Shown here one piece after another: positions 26,124-44,691 of a DNA stretch of 64,000 nucleotides. The notes beneath the pieces were generated by a model. That model was not told the DNA's origin. It did not search any database and was given only the letters and a program-made list of their open reading frames with translations. Location of the stretch: the NCBI RefSeq assembly GCF_009914755.1, contig NC_060945.1. One strand, written 5' to 3'. Both the position numbers and the translations under genes were made by a program. Source of the stretch: the human T2T-CHM13v2.0 reference genome, Homo sapiens. Every line of letters starts with the position of its first letter. Within the stretch, counting starts at the first letter, position 1.

Positions 26124-26430
26124 CTAGGGTTAAGGTTGGTGTTAGGGTTAGGGGTTAGGGGTTAAGTTTAGGGTTAGGGGTTGGAGATAGGTGTTGGGGT
26201 CAGAGTTAGGAGTTAAGAGTCAACGTTTAGAGTTAAGGGTTAAGAGATGTTAGGGGTTAGGGATAAGGGGTTAGGGTTGGATTAGTGTGAGGGTGAGGGT
26301 TGTTGTTAGGGGTTAGGCTTAGGGGTTACAGTTAAGGGTTAAGGGTTAGGGTTAGGGGTTAGGGTTAGGGTCAGGGGTTAGGGGTCAGGGGTTAGGGGTC
26401 AGGGTCAGGGGTCAGGGTCAGGTTCAGGGG
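26124..26430 (+). repeat. Interstitial degenerate telomeric repeat (TTAGGG with TTAGGGG/TCAGGG/TGAGGG variants)
   Basis: Directly visible, ~300 bp, G-strand on plus. Confidence 0.97.
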
Positions 26431-28968
<2,538 letters not shown>

Positions 28969-29289
28969 TGTGAGGAACAACCAAATTGTTTTCTGCAGCA
29001 AGGGCATCATTTTCTATTCCTAGCAGCCAGTTCATGAGGGCTCCAACTTCTCCACCTCCTTAGCAACATTTATTTTCTGTGTCATTGTTATGAAACCCTT
29101 ACTTGTGGGTGCAGAGCGGCATGAATGAAGTCAATTAACATGTTTATTACCTCACAGAATAGTTACCTTTTTGTGTGCATGTGTGGGATAAGAAAACTTA
29201 ACTCTATCCCCTGTGACTGAATAGTGGCCATTCCAGCTGCTCCAGGCTCCAGCAGAGGAAGACCGGGGTAGGTGGCTCCACCAGGGTGA

Positions 29290-31370
<2,081 letters not shown>

Positions 31371-31374
31371 GCAC

Positions 31375-31780
31375 TGTATAGAACAAAGCAGGCGGAGGAA
31401 GGTGGGATAACCTTGCTAGCTGAAGCTTCTGGCTCTCTTTTTTTCTTCTTCCCGTGCAGGAAACTTGCTTCCCTTCTTCCTGCCCTTGGACATGAGACTG
31501 CAGGTTCTTATGCGTTTGGACTCTGGGACTTGCACCAGTGGCTTCCCCGAGGCTCTCAGGCCCCCGGCCTCAGACTGAAGACTGCACTGCGGGCTTTCCT
31601 GGTTTTGAGGCTTTTGGACTTGGACTGAGCCACTACTAGCTTCTCTCTTTCCCTACCTGGCAGACAGCCTGTTGTGGGACTGCCTTCTAACCGTGTGAAC
31701 CAATTCTCTCTGGTAAACTCCCTTATACATATACGTGTATCTTGTTGGTTCTGTCCCTCTGGAGAAACCTGACTAATACA
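31375..31780 (+). mobile_element. MLT2A (ERVL) LTR, 3' portion
   Basis: cctgcccttggacatgagact..cctcagactgaagactgcact..ggttctgtccctctggagaaacctgactaataca. The 5' end is replaced by SATR. Confidence 0.85.
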
Positions 31781-33322
31781 TTTTGTATATTTTTCCTCCA
31801 CTGCCCTTTCCTCTGCTTCTAGGCTTACCTAGACCACCACCATTCTTTCCCCCTTTCTAAAGTAAAAGTTGTTTTTTTCTCACTAAATGCATGGTATTCT
31901 GCCCATTTTCCATGGCTTCCCTCAGCCCTGCTCTGTTTATTCTTGCTATCTTAAGAGGAAATCCCTGCCTCTTTCATGGCTTTTCCCACTTGGTCTACTT
32001 ACTGTTTTCTGTTGTTCTCAGAGACACACTGAGACCTTTCACATCTCACTGTCACTTCTTGGAAGGGCTCTCTACCTCGTCTGCCTGCTGAGCAACCTCT
32101 TGGAGTGACGCGGGCACTCTTGAGTCACTGAACTTGAGCTATTTGGTGTTAGTATGTTAATTTATCTTCTTAGACCACTTACCACTTCCTTAACTTCAAA
32201 AGAAAAGAATAAGTATTATTTTCCATGGTTGATATGAAGAGTAGAAATAACTTATACAAAATACATTGCAGTTAAGTGATAATAAATGGCTGTGAATGTC
32301 CTTATTAATGTTATTCTATCAGTCTCAGCTCAGATACCATCTGCTCTGTGAGCTCTGCTCTGAATCATATCTGCTTCTTCTCTGGGTTCCTTGTGCTCTG
32401 TTCTTAACTACTTTAAAGCAGTAATTGTTCTGATTCTAATTAGTGATGCTTCCCAATAAAATTTTAATTTTGTAGATCTCTTCCCCCCACCCCTGCCCCA
32501 GCCTAACCAGTGTTTTCTTACTTTTTTGTGTACAGGCTACATCACTGGTCTTCTTTTATTTGTGGCTAAATAAATGTTGTGTTAGAAGAGTAAAGAGTTC
32601 CCAGTTACATGGGATCTATAGTTCTACAAAATGAATGTATACATAATCCATGTAAATACTTCACTTATTTTAAAACAATTTTTTAATTTTTAAATTAAAT
32701 TTAATTTGTGCATGTGTGTGAGACCAGAGTGAGAACAGAGATGGCGGTGGTGAGGGGCAGTGGTCTCACCATGTTGCCCAGGCTAGTCTTGAACTCCCCT
32801 TCAAGTGCCACCCTCCTCACCTGGCCCCCCTCACCTTGCCTCCTCCCCTCTCACTCCTATGCCAACTCCTGCCATTCCCTACCCCCTCTGTAGACTGCAA
32901 GACTCATCAAGTGACTTGCTGAGCAAACTCTGCTGAGAAGAGATCTGTTTAGGGACAGAGGAGGCCAAGTACACAAAAAAGCAAAAGAACTAGCATGTCT
33001 TTTTCAATGGATGTCTATTTTACAGGGCTGGCTTCAGATTATTATAGCTTTAAATAAAAGGACCGTTTTGTCATCTCGGCCCATGGCCTACATTATTTCT
33101 TTACTGTCTATTGCCCTGGGCACTTGACTAATAATTTAACAGCAGTTTTTTTTTTTTAATTTTAAATCATGATTCATTGCATTGCTGTAAGAGTAATTAG
33201 AGGTAAAGTAGGGCTTGAAACTGCCTGTAGTTGGTTACTTACTGAGATCTTAGCATCATTGTCAGGTGAGAGGGTGAAGTTTTAATTAGCGCTAAGTGGG
33301 ATAGAAATTCAATGCACTGAAA

Positions 33323-33627
33323 CTGCAGTGTCCAATTCAGTAGGTGCTAGTCACCTGTAACTGTTGAGCACTTGTAATCCTGGCTAGTCCTAATTGAGAT
33401 GTGTTGTGTTAAATACACTGGATTTTGTCGTTGGAGTGGGAAGAACAGTGTAGAATATCTGCTTGATTTTTTTTATATTTATTACATGTTAAAATTATTA
33501 CTATGATTACTATTTGGGACATACTGAGTTAAGTATATTTAAAATTAATTTCACCTTTTCTTTTAATGGGGCTTACTAGTACATTTAAAATTACATACGT
33601 GGCTCACATATTTATTGGACAGCACAG
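33323..33627. mobile_element. MER3/MER33-like hAT DNA transposon
   Basis: Terminal motifs ctgcagtgtccaat...gtggctcacatatttattggacagcacag. Confidence 0.7.
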
Positions 33628-36173
33628 CTCTAGAAGTTTAGGAAGAAATAAGAAAAATATTGAGAATAGGTAGCGACAGTAGGAAGTTTGACCTCCTGTA
33701 AGACTGATTCCAATAAAACTAATAGGTGATAGTTTTAATTGGCTTTTTCCTACTAGAAGAAGTAAGTGTACTTTACATGCCTCTTTGTTCTCCCTCTTTC
33801 CCCTTCAATTTAGTGGTTAGCGTGTATTTACTACATCAGGCTTAATATTCACTAAACAGTGTTAGGAAGACTTAGGTAAATGATTCCCTGATGAACACAC
33901 TTGATATTCAAAGCACTTTCCTAACCCATTTTTAATTGGAATAGAGTCAAATGTAGATGGCTTATTAGTAGTCATCTCATTTAAATCTCATGGAATTTTC
34001 CTACTAAATCTCAAAGTAAACAATTTGTTATAGGCTGTTTTGTCAAGTTTATGGAAGGGACAGCATAGGACATGTGGTACTTCATTTCCAAATTGCTTGA
34101 GATGGTTTTCATTATAATCATACATTATTTGCTTCTGGTTTTCCAGAAAAGCCAGCTAAACCTGTGGTTCATTTAGATATAAATGAAATATCCACAAAGG
34201 ATTGCTCAAAGTGACTTATGCAACTTGAATATATATTTTTTCTGTAGGGTGTTTATTCCAAATTATCTGGCCATTTGCTGCAATTTGCAGTTTTTTAGAA
34301 AACACCAAATATTTCTCAAGTTAGAGATGTTTTAATAAAAACAGTCATATTGTACTGGCAGCAGACAAATAAAATGGCCCTTTATTTCACAGTTGAGAAT
34401 TTGAAATTGGAAGGTAATTAACATATGTAAGGATGATGTATTTGCTGCCTGGCTTATAGGAATGAGCCAAGTTGTTTTTTGAGGTATGTTGTTGCTGTGT
34501 ATGTCCCACCTATTTTGCTTCCTTAATGAACAATGCAAGTTTGAGACAGAAATATTTGAGAACATTTTTATCAGTTGTGACATTTTGATAGTGAACATTT
34601 TATATCTTCTGTCAACTTAAAATGTTTGCATCTTCTGTCAGCTTAAAATGTTTAATTTGTTATAGCCAAATAATTTGGCTATAATTGATAATTTAATTTA
34701 TCAAATTAAATTGCTTTTTTTCCCTTTAGACTTTCTTCAGTCACATCTGAATAAATCCCTTAGAAGTAAGCTAGATGTAATATAATGAAATGCTTAAAAG
34801 GGCTGTGTATCTTCATATTACACTTACAGTGATTTTCTCTTGTGCCCATTATATTCTACCTGCAGCTAGTTGAGGTAAAGAGAGGGCATTTAACTGTCAA
34901 GGGAACCTGTGAGGAGACTGTAGAAATCTGGAAAGTCTCTTGAGTCTTTGAGGGATTTTGGGATGCAGAGAGTGGGGCTGGGATCTCTGGCTAGGTTGGA
35001 GCCAGCCTGCATTTGTATCTTTATCTTGGAAGCAAACTTAGAATGCAGAGATAGATGTGGCCTGGATGCTGCTAACTCTAGCCAACCACTAAATCTTAAG
35101 GTGGGAGAGATGCAGCCTTTGGCTGGGTGCTAAGCTGCTGTAGCTGGTTGAATGTAGAGGTCACTATCTTTTCTGAATATTTGTAAGTAAATTAAATCAT
35201 TCTTTACTCCTGTATGCCTGCCAACCAAATGGGAAATCGCTATAGAAAAGATGGTTTAAATTTTAGTCTTTGAAGTGGTTTATGCACGTTTCTGGAATCA
35301 GGATTTAACGCGGACTTGGATTGGATATTGAATATTTTTCATTTGTCTACTTTTCTCTCCATAGGGAGCTTATAGCTTCATTGCACTGTGTGTGGCATTT
35401 GGGTCCTGTTTGACAGCAATGACTGCCTTTCTGTTTAGTGTCTGTGTGCTATGAAGATTGCACACAGGGGTCCAGATGCATCCTGTTTTGAGAATGTTAA
35501 TGGATACACCAGCTGCTGCTTTGGATTTCACCCATTGGTGGTAGTGGACCCGCTGTTTGGAATGCAGACAATTTAAGTGAAGACATATCCATATATGTGG
35601 CTCTGTTACAATGGTGAAATCTACAACCATAAGAAGGTAGGGGAAAAGAAGCCAGATGTGTGGATGTGATTAAACTTCAGAGCTTGTTGGTTACGATGAG
35701 ATTATATATTCTGTATCATGCTTTTTACTTTGCAAAGCATTCTATGTTATCTCATTTGCTCTAAGTATGTAGATAGGGAACTGATGAATAAAATGGTGAG
35801 TGAAATCACTTGGTCACAAAAAAGTGATAAAAATGGGGATTACACAGTTTCTTTGACTCTTAGAATTTTTTCTCCTTCTCCCCAGCTTTTTGTTTTGAAA
35901 AAAATTCTAACATACAGAAAAGAACAGAATAGTGAGCACCTAGATTGAATAATCATTAATGTTTTGCCATATTTGCTTGATTTTTCTTTCTACACACACA
36001 CACACACACACACACATACACACACACACACAGTTTTTTGCCAAATCATTTGAGAGTATGGTGCAGATTTTGTGACACTCCTAAATATATAAGCATTTAT
36101 CTCCTAAGAATAAGGACATTTTTCTACATAACATCAATACCATTATTAAACCTAAGAATCCATAATATCACCT

Positions 36174-36480
36174 GGCTGGGTGCGGTGGCTCACGCCTGTA
36201 ATCCCAGCACCTTGGGAGGCTGAGGTGGGTGGATCACGAGGTCAGGAGGTTGAAACCATGCTGGCTAGCACGGAGAAACCCCATCTCCACTAAAAATACA
36301 AAAATAAAAAAAATCAGCCAGGCGTGGTGGTGGGCACCTGTAGTCCCAGCTACTCGGGAGGCTGAGGCAGGAGAATGGTGTGAACCTGGGAGGTGGAGCT
36401 TGCAGTGTGCTAAGCTTCAGCCACTGTACTCCAGCCTGGGAGACAGAGCAAGACTCTGTCTCAAAAATGAAAAAAAAAAA
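36174..36480 (+). mobile_element. AluY-like, full length
   Basis: ggatcacgaggtcaggag, gagaatggtgtgaacc, A tail. TSD-like cataatatcacct/cataatgccacct. Confidence 0.93.
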
Positions 36481-36524
36481 TCATAATGCCACCTAATATC
36501 CAGTTAATACTTAAATTTCGCTAA

Positions 36525-36790
<266 letters not shown>

Positions 36791-39461
36791 ACCAAGAATA
36801 TCTTTATAGCTGGTATTTGTTTGTTTAGAGCCAGATTTCATTCAAGATTCATGCATTTGGTTGTGATGTTTCTTGGTATTTTTTCTGAGACTTCTTGATA
36901 GATACCTGTCAGGCACTGATAGAGAGTTATATCCTAACCATGTTTTGGACATTTTTATCTCTGAATAATAGCTTTTGTCATTGTTTGTTGCCTGCTCACG
37001 GGAACACTCTTAATAATAGTCTTCTTGTTCAAAAAGTTTTAAAATAGTTATTCAAGAAATTCCTTTCACACATTTCTTTATTCCTTTATTAAGGACCTAA
37101 TATGCACCAGATATCATTTTTCTAGGTGATTGTAGATGAAATGGTGAAAAGGAAAGGCAAGAATGGAATTTCCTGCTAGTGGGAAGTAGAAGAGAGTATT
37201 AAAACTTTTTTCTTTCTAAGTCAAATCAGTGTCATATGCATGAGAAAGCTAGGTAGTATGATGGCATTATCAGCTTGGCTTTCTCCTTAAATGAAATAGG
37301 AAGTGCTCTGTTTTACTCAGATAGTGTTTTTTTTTCTAAAAAGCTAAAATAAGTTAAATATTTTGAAATTAATTAATTTCTGTTCTAAATTAGTCAAAAG
37401 TTATATTTGTAAAACTAGAGAAGTTTGTTCCATTGCTTCTACCAAGCATCTCAGCTTATGTAGTTGGGGCAGCTAGAAATCTAATGAACAGAATGCATAT
37501 TTTAGGCTTATATAAAGTATTCTGCAACATAAGGTCAAAAATACCCCCTACCCCCTTTTTGATAAAGATAAAGCTTACTACTAATAATAAAATACAGCCA
37601 GAGGTGTGCTGGGAGTGGAGGGGGACTGAGTTAAAGAAAGTAGGAATGGGGTAAAGGCTGGGGCAAAGAGCAGACTCTCTCCCTGCAGGGGAGTATCAGG
37701 GGTCTGCAGCCAAGTTAAATGACAGCATGACTTCAGGAGGCCAGATTTGAGGGCTTTTATCTAAGATGCAGCATCGGAGTTTGGTTTAAGAGAGTAGGAA
37801 GTGATACATCTGTTACCCAAAGGACACTTCTCTTTTTAGAATAAATTACCTGCAGAGTTTAGGCCAAAGAGGTGGGCAAGGTAGATTTGGGAAACTGTTG
37901 CTTGCTAATATCACCAAACGCTTTCTTTTTATACTTGGTGGAGGCTTTAATTGGGGCAAGGACATTTTTATACAAAGATAGAGAAAACAATCACCTATGG
38001 AATTTGATTCCTTGCTCCATGCCCTCGCTAGCACCTCTCAACATGCTTGATGATATTTAAAATTTCTTCCTAGGGAAAAAACTTTTCATCCCACAATTAG
38101 AATCAGGCTTAACTTGCTTTTTGAAAAGGTAGTAGGCAATTTGTGTTAAGATCTAAATTACCAAGATTTTTATATCTTGAAACAGATTTAGATGATAGAG
38201 TGAGGTCGGTGGTGGTGGTGGTTGGTGGGAAGGGGTAGTTTTTTAGAGAGGGTATTAAGAGTTGGGGTTTTCAATGTGAGAGAGGTGAAGGTTTGAAAAT
38301 AAGTAAGAAAAGCACTAAAAGGGTGAAGTCAAGGGCCTTAGAGAGCCAGGATGATAGATTCTATTTCACAGTTTAACACAGGATCACCATAGACCAAAGC
38401 AAGTTTATAACTAAGGCAATGAAGATCATCTGTCTCCTCCCTTCCCCATTAATTGTGAACTTTAGTTTTATAAGCTCCTAAGAGGCAGAAAACAAATTGG
38501 AGACTCGTCATCTATTTGGGAGTGTATGGCATGTATTTATTGTCCTAGGTGCTGGGTTTATTTTTTTCAGCTAATGACAGTTTTCCATGCTTTATGGTAA
38601 GTGACCATAAAGTAAGTGGTAAGTGACTTACCCTTCAGGCAGTTCAGCCCAGGACAGTCAGCAGAAGACTGTTTCCAGACCCCACCTGCTAGTTACAGAT
38701 CATCCCTGATAGAGCAGAGAGGGGTGACCAGGTAGTGACTTTATAGTCACTGGAGGCAAAGCCCATTTTTGGACAGTTCATTGAGGGCTTACAGATAAAA
38801 GGTTCACAAATTATGCAGTGAGCTGGATGGAGTGTGAAGCGTATTTATGGGTCGTGCACATACATAATAGGTTTACTTTTTGAGATTTCAAAACATGTTT
38901 TAAACTTAACCTAGGATTCCCACCTGATTTAAACCTCTTATTTCTCTAATGTCAGCCAAAAATGTGAGTATGACATACAAAGAGAAATACATCAAGGACT
39001 TTTCATCCTCATAGTTTGCCAGTGATGCTGGAGAGTGTCAGAATTGGTGAGTAGCCTAATCAAACTTTCTTGCTCTGCATGCAGTGGCAGACAGTCCCTT
39101 TGCTGTTCCTTTGGGGCATGCAGACTAATAAAGTGCCACCATCATTTTATCTCTCAGTGAGCAGTAGTTTTAATGCTACTGCAGTGGTGGGAGCACTGGG
39201 CGTTGTCGTCCTCACCTGAGGACAAGCAGCTTTGTTTTGGATCATGTATCTGTTATTGTGATGGAGCCATTTATTTTTCAGGGAATGACGCCAAATGATG
39301 TTTGTCCCTTTGCTTTACATTTTTATAGCTAGGTCTTTGAAGCTGAACTGGAGGAACTTCTTAGCCAATACTGTCTTCTTAAACCAAAAGTTGACAGTTG
39401 CAGAAGACACGTTTTTTAGTGTCACGGCAACCAAGCAACATATTACCTTAAATTAAATTTA

Positions 39462-40734
39462 CAGGTTGAGCATCCCTAATCTGAAAATCTGAAATTTGAA
39501 ATGCTTCAAAATCTGAAACTTTTTGAGCACTGACATGACACCACATGTGGATTTTGATGTCCTAGTCAAAGTGCAGGTGAACAACACACAGTTTATTTGA
39601 TGTTCTCTAATGAAAAAAGACCCTCTCAGCCCCCTTCAGCTGCAGTATAACTTTTCTACACATGCTCAGATTTCCCCATGCAAGCACACACACAAAGGGT
39701 CACAGAATGGCACATGTGCAAGCTGGACAAGCCAATGGCAGGATCCCCACAGATGGGACCTAAGTGCATGACTCGTTGTGTATTTTTCTTATTCTCTGCT
39801 CTGTGGTGTTAGCATACTGAAAATGTCAATAAGGCCTGTAGATATCCCTGCGAGCAGCAATGATAAGGAAAAGTAGAAACACTTAGAACACAGAAAGTCA
39901 AGCTGTTGGAGAAATTGGACTGTAGTGTAAAGGTATAGATGACATGGTGAAAATGTGTGATAGAGATATTGAAGATATTGAAGGACTAGAGCTACCTGCA
40001 TTCATAACAGAACAAGAGGTCATGTCAGTTTATAAAATTAAAGAGAGACTTCCAAGACAAAAGCCCTTGATAATGAGGCAGATGACTCTGGAGAAACATT
40101 ATAAAAAACCATCTGGCAGAATGCCTCCTCAGCCTCAGAGGACTCACCTCCTAGTTGCTCAACTCCTGATATTTCTTCTCACCTAAAAAAAGAAAAAAAA
40201 TACAATGTACAGTAACCTTTTAATCAAAACGCAGCCTTGTAGGTGGAGCCTGAAAGCTTGCCATTGTTTATACAGCTGTTTAACAGCTGATGCAGGTATT
40301 CTGGTGATGCTACTGTGTTGCTTATTATTTTTTACTGTATTAATGGCATGTCATATTTTTACTTATGTGTGAATAATTGTGTGAAAATGATTGCTCATCA
40401 GTAGCATATAAATTCAGAGTCAGAAATGATGGTCAGTGATGTCAGACAGCCACAGATTTTCCACATGGAAGCTGAGATAGTGACACCTTTGCTTTCTGAT
40501 GGTTCCATGTACACAAACTTTGTTTCATTCACAAAATTATTTGAAATATTATATAAAATTACCTGTAGGCTATGTGTATAAGATATATGAAACATAAGTG
40601 AATTTCACATTTAGACTTGGGTCTCATCGCCAAGATATCTCACGTAGATGCAAATATTATAAAATCCAAAAAAAAATTCCGAAACCCTAAACACTTCTGG
40701 TTCCAAACATTTCAGATAAGGGATACTCAATCTG
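39462..40734 (+). mobile_element. Tigger4 (Zombi)-like TcMar DNA transposon, internally deleted
   Basis: TIRs caggttgagcatccctaatctgaaaat / atttcagataagggatactcaatctg, with a TA flank on the left. Transposase remnant MVKMCD..IEGLE..FITEQEVMSVYKIKERL. Confidence 0.85.
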
Positions 40735-41236
40735 CATATATAAAATATTTATGTATCACATACATAGTATGTATAAAATATGAATTTCCATTCCTCTACA
40801 GGTTACTATTCTGGTACATTCCCGTTATATTCTGTTTATCAGACTGCAACTAAAACTTTCATGGGTTCAGCTTTATGTTGAACAGAATTTGCAGAATTAT
40901 GAGTTGAAGCAAACCCTAGGTTGATAATGCTATGATTCTCCTAAATCACCAAAGTGCATGAAATGATTTTAAAGCTCCAGAAATACTGAAGCAACTTTGT
41001 GATAAAAATTATTAGTGGATGCACAAGGAGTCTATAATGTCTTGGTTTTGCTATTGCTTACTAAGGTGCAGCACCAGTTTGAATTTGAATACCAGACCAA
41101 AGTGGATGGTGAGATAATCCTTCATCTTTATGACAAAGGAGGAATTGAGCAAACAATTTGTACGTTGGTTGGTGTGTTTGCATTTGTTTTACTGGATTCT
41201 GCCAATAAGAAAGTGTCCCTGGACAGAGATACATAA

Positions 41237-41359
<123 letters not shown>

Positions 41360-41661
41360 TAAATTATATCTGAAAATCTCTTAGCAATCCAGAATTTTAC
41401 AAGTGACTAAGTTGTGAGTTCTTACCTTTTTTAAAAAAACAGAGTAGTTTTACTCTCCTTTTCAGCACTTAAATTCTGTAATCCTTGAAGGATGGGTCTT
41501 TAGTGTAGTCATTTATTTTTGGTGTGCTAATATGCTCTGCATATAGCTTGATCGTAAGTGCAGTTTTAAGTTTTCCTGTGTCATACTGTAATGATAGGGT
41601 TGGCTCTGCAATTATTGCCCTGCAGTACTTTGCTGAAGTTATAGCACAGCAAATATTAGGA

Positions 41662-44357
41662 TTTCTAAAACAGCTTTATTGGCAGTTTACATGCCATGTA
41701 ATTCACCCACTCGAAGTATATAGTTCAGTGGTTTTCAGTATATTCACAGATGTTGGGAACCAACACTCCAATCAATTTTAGAATTGTTTTTCCACCTCAA
41801 AAAAAAATCCTATGCCCTTTAGCTTATTTTCTTTCTATTTATTTATTTATTTATTTTAAGAGATGGGGTCTTGCTCAGTCGACCAGCCCAGGCTGGAGTA
41901 CAGTGGTGTAATCATAGCTTAGTGCAGCCTTGAACTCCTGGGCTCAAGCAATCCTCCCATCTCAGCCTCCCTAGTAGCTAGGAGTACAGGCATGGACCAC
42001 AACACCCTGCCTCCTGTGCCGTTTAGCTTTCAATTCTGTCTCTCCACATACATCATCTGCACCCCCGCAGTTGTAGCACTGGCAATCACCAATCTTTCTG
42101 CCTCTGGATTCCCTATTGCGTGTGTTTCATATAAATGGGATTATCTATCATATGGGCTTTTGTTACTGGATTCTTTCACTTGGCATAATGCTTGCAAGGT
42201 TTGTCTATGCTGTGACATGTATCAGTACTTACTTTTTATGGCCACATGATACTCTGTTACATGGATACACTGGATTTTGTTTATGCACTTGTCAGTTGAT
42301 GGATATTTAGGACATTGTTTACCCCTTTTGGCTATTATGAATAATGCTGCTATAAACATTGGTGTATAAGTTTTTGTGTAGACATTTGTCTTCGGTGTTT
42401 ATCTAGGAGCAGAATTGCTCAGATGCATATAACTGTCTAATTGAGGAACTGCCAAACTACTTTTTGAAATGGCTGCATTATTTTTTATTCCCTCCAGCAG
42501 TGTATTAAAATTTCAGTTTCTCCACATCTTCACAAACACTTACTGTGTGACTTTTTAATTGTAGCTATTATAATGTATGTGAAATTGTATCTCCTTGTGG
42601 TTTTGATTTGTATTTTCCTATTGAAGGTAGTGTCTTTTCTCATGCTTATTGGCCATGTGTATATCTTCTTTGGGGAAATATTTGTTGAGATCTTTTGTCA
42701 TTTTTTTTTTCCTGCTAGGGATCATTTTATTTTAAAAACAATAGACTTTTTTTTAGCAGTTTTAGAAAAAATAGAGAGAAAAGTGCAGAGAGTCCACATA
42801 TGCTCCCTTACAGTGCCCCTGCCCAGTTCTCCCAACTCTTAACACCTTGCGCTACTGTGCTAAATCGATTAGATTTGATGAACTGATACTTATATCTGAA
42901 ATTCATAGTTTACTTCAGGGTTCACTCTGTGTTTTATAGATTTTTGGATTTGACAAATGTATAATGTCATGTACCCACCATTACAGTATTATGTAGAACA
43001 GTTTCATTGCCCTAAAAATCTCCTGTGCTCCACTGAGTCATTCCTCCCCCTCCTCTTCCTCCCAAACCCCCGGTCATTACTAATCTTTTTACTCTCTAAT
43101 TTTGCCTCTCCCAGAATGTCATATAATAGATCATGTAGTATGTATCCTTTTCAGACTGGCTTCTTTCACCCAGCAGTATACATTTAGGGTTCTTCTGTGC
43201 TTTTTCATGGCTTGATAGCTCATTTTTTAAATTGCAGAATAATATTCCATTTGTTTGCATGTATTGCAGTTTGTTTATCCATTCTTGAATTGTCTATCTC
43301 TAATTGGGTTGTTTTGTCTTTTTATTACAGAATTGTAATTGTTCCTTATGTACGCCAGACACAAATCCCTTGTGTTCATCAGGGTTGCAGGATACAAGAT
43401 CAATATACAAAAATCAATAGTATTTGACACACTTTAACTGAGTACTACATACTCACAATGAGCAATCAGAAAATGAAATTAAGAAAGCAACTTCATTTAT
43501 CATAGCATCAACAAGAATAAAATACTGATATATTTAAGAAGTGTAAAACTTGTACTCTGAAAACTATAGAACATTTTTGAAAGAAATGAAAGAAGATCTA
43601 AATAAATGTAAAAGTATCCCATGATCATGGACCTAAGGCTTAACATTGTTAAGAAGGCAATACTCCCTAAACTCATCTACAAATTTAACTTCATCCCTGT
43701 CAGAATCCCGGATGAGTTCTCTGTAAAATGGACAAGCTGACTCTGAAATTCATATGGAATTACAAAGGACTAGGAATAGCCAAAATAATCTTTTGAAAAT
43801 GAGAACAAAGTAGGAGAACTCATACTTACTGACTTTAAAACTTACTACAAGTCAGTGGTAATCAGGACAATATAATACTGGCAGAAGGATAGATGTATAG
43901 ACCAGTGGGATAGAATTGAGAGTCAGATATGAACCCATACATATATAACCACTGCTTTTGACAAGGGTGCCAAGATTATTCAGTGGGGAAAGAAGTTTGA
44001 GAACTGGCACAAGGACAACTAGATATGTAAACATATGCAAATCCTGGAGTAGGACCTTTACCCAACACCACATACAAAAACTATGGATGCAAAAAAAGTG
44101 GATCAAATGGATCCATTTTGAGCTAATCCACGTAAATGTAAGGACTAAAACTATAAAATCCTGAGAAGCAAACATAGGAGTAAATTGTCATGACCTTGAA
44201 TTTGGCAAAGTTTTCTTAAATATGAGACCAGCAACAAGAATAAAAATTGATGAATTGGACTTCATCAAAATTAAACATTTTTGCACTTCAAAGGACACCA
44301 TCAAGAAAGTGAAAAGACAACTCACAAGATGGAAGAAAATACTTGTAAATCATGTGT
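41662..44357 (-). mobile_element. L1MB-like element with 5' inversion (43375-44357 on plus), carrying a nested Alu monomer (~41826-42012) and a second L1M 3' end (~42750-43240)
   Basis: The minus-strand 3' end begins cagctttattggcag. The plus-strand ORF2 piece begins gggttgcaggatacaagatcaatatacaaaaatcaa. Confidence 0.75.
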
Positions 44358-44388
44358 AGCACTTTTTGATGATAAACTTGAGGAAGAC

Positions 44389-44691
44389 TTTTTTATTTTT
44401 TATTTTTATTATACTTTAAGTTCTAGGGTACATGTGCACAATGTGCAGGTTTGTTACATATGTATACATGTGCCATGTTGGTGTGCCGCACCCACTATCT
44501 CATCATTTACATTAGGTATATCTCCTAATGCTATCCCTCCTCCCTCCCCCCACCCCACGACAGGCCCCGGTGTGTGATGTTCCCTATCCTGTGTCCGAGT
44601 GTTCTCATTGTTCAATTTCCACCTATGAGCGAGAACATGTGGTGTTTGGTTTTCTGTCCTTGCGATATTTTGCTCAGAATGATGGTTTCCA
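44389..44691 (-). mobile_element. Young L1PA 3' end (~300 bp)
   Basis: ttattatactttaagttctagggtacatgtgcacaatgtgcaggtttgttac... Confidence 0.93.

Noticed and set aside
26124-26430. Chromosome-2-style head-to-head telomere fusion site
   Set aside because: Only one orientation of TTAGGG is present; no CCCTAA arm follows.
39944-40186. JRK/Jerky-like peptide as a domesticated transposase gene
   Set aside because: A short remnant inside an internally deleted Tigger4-like element with TIRs; the catalytic domain is absent.
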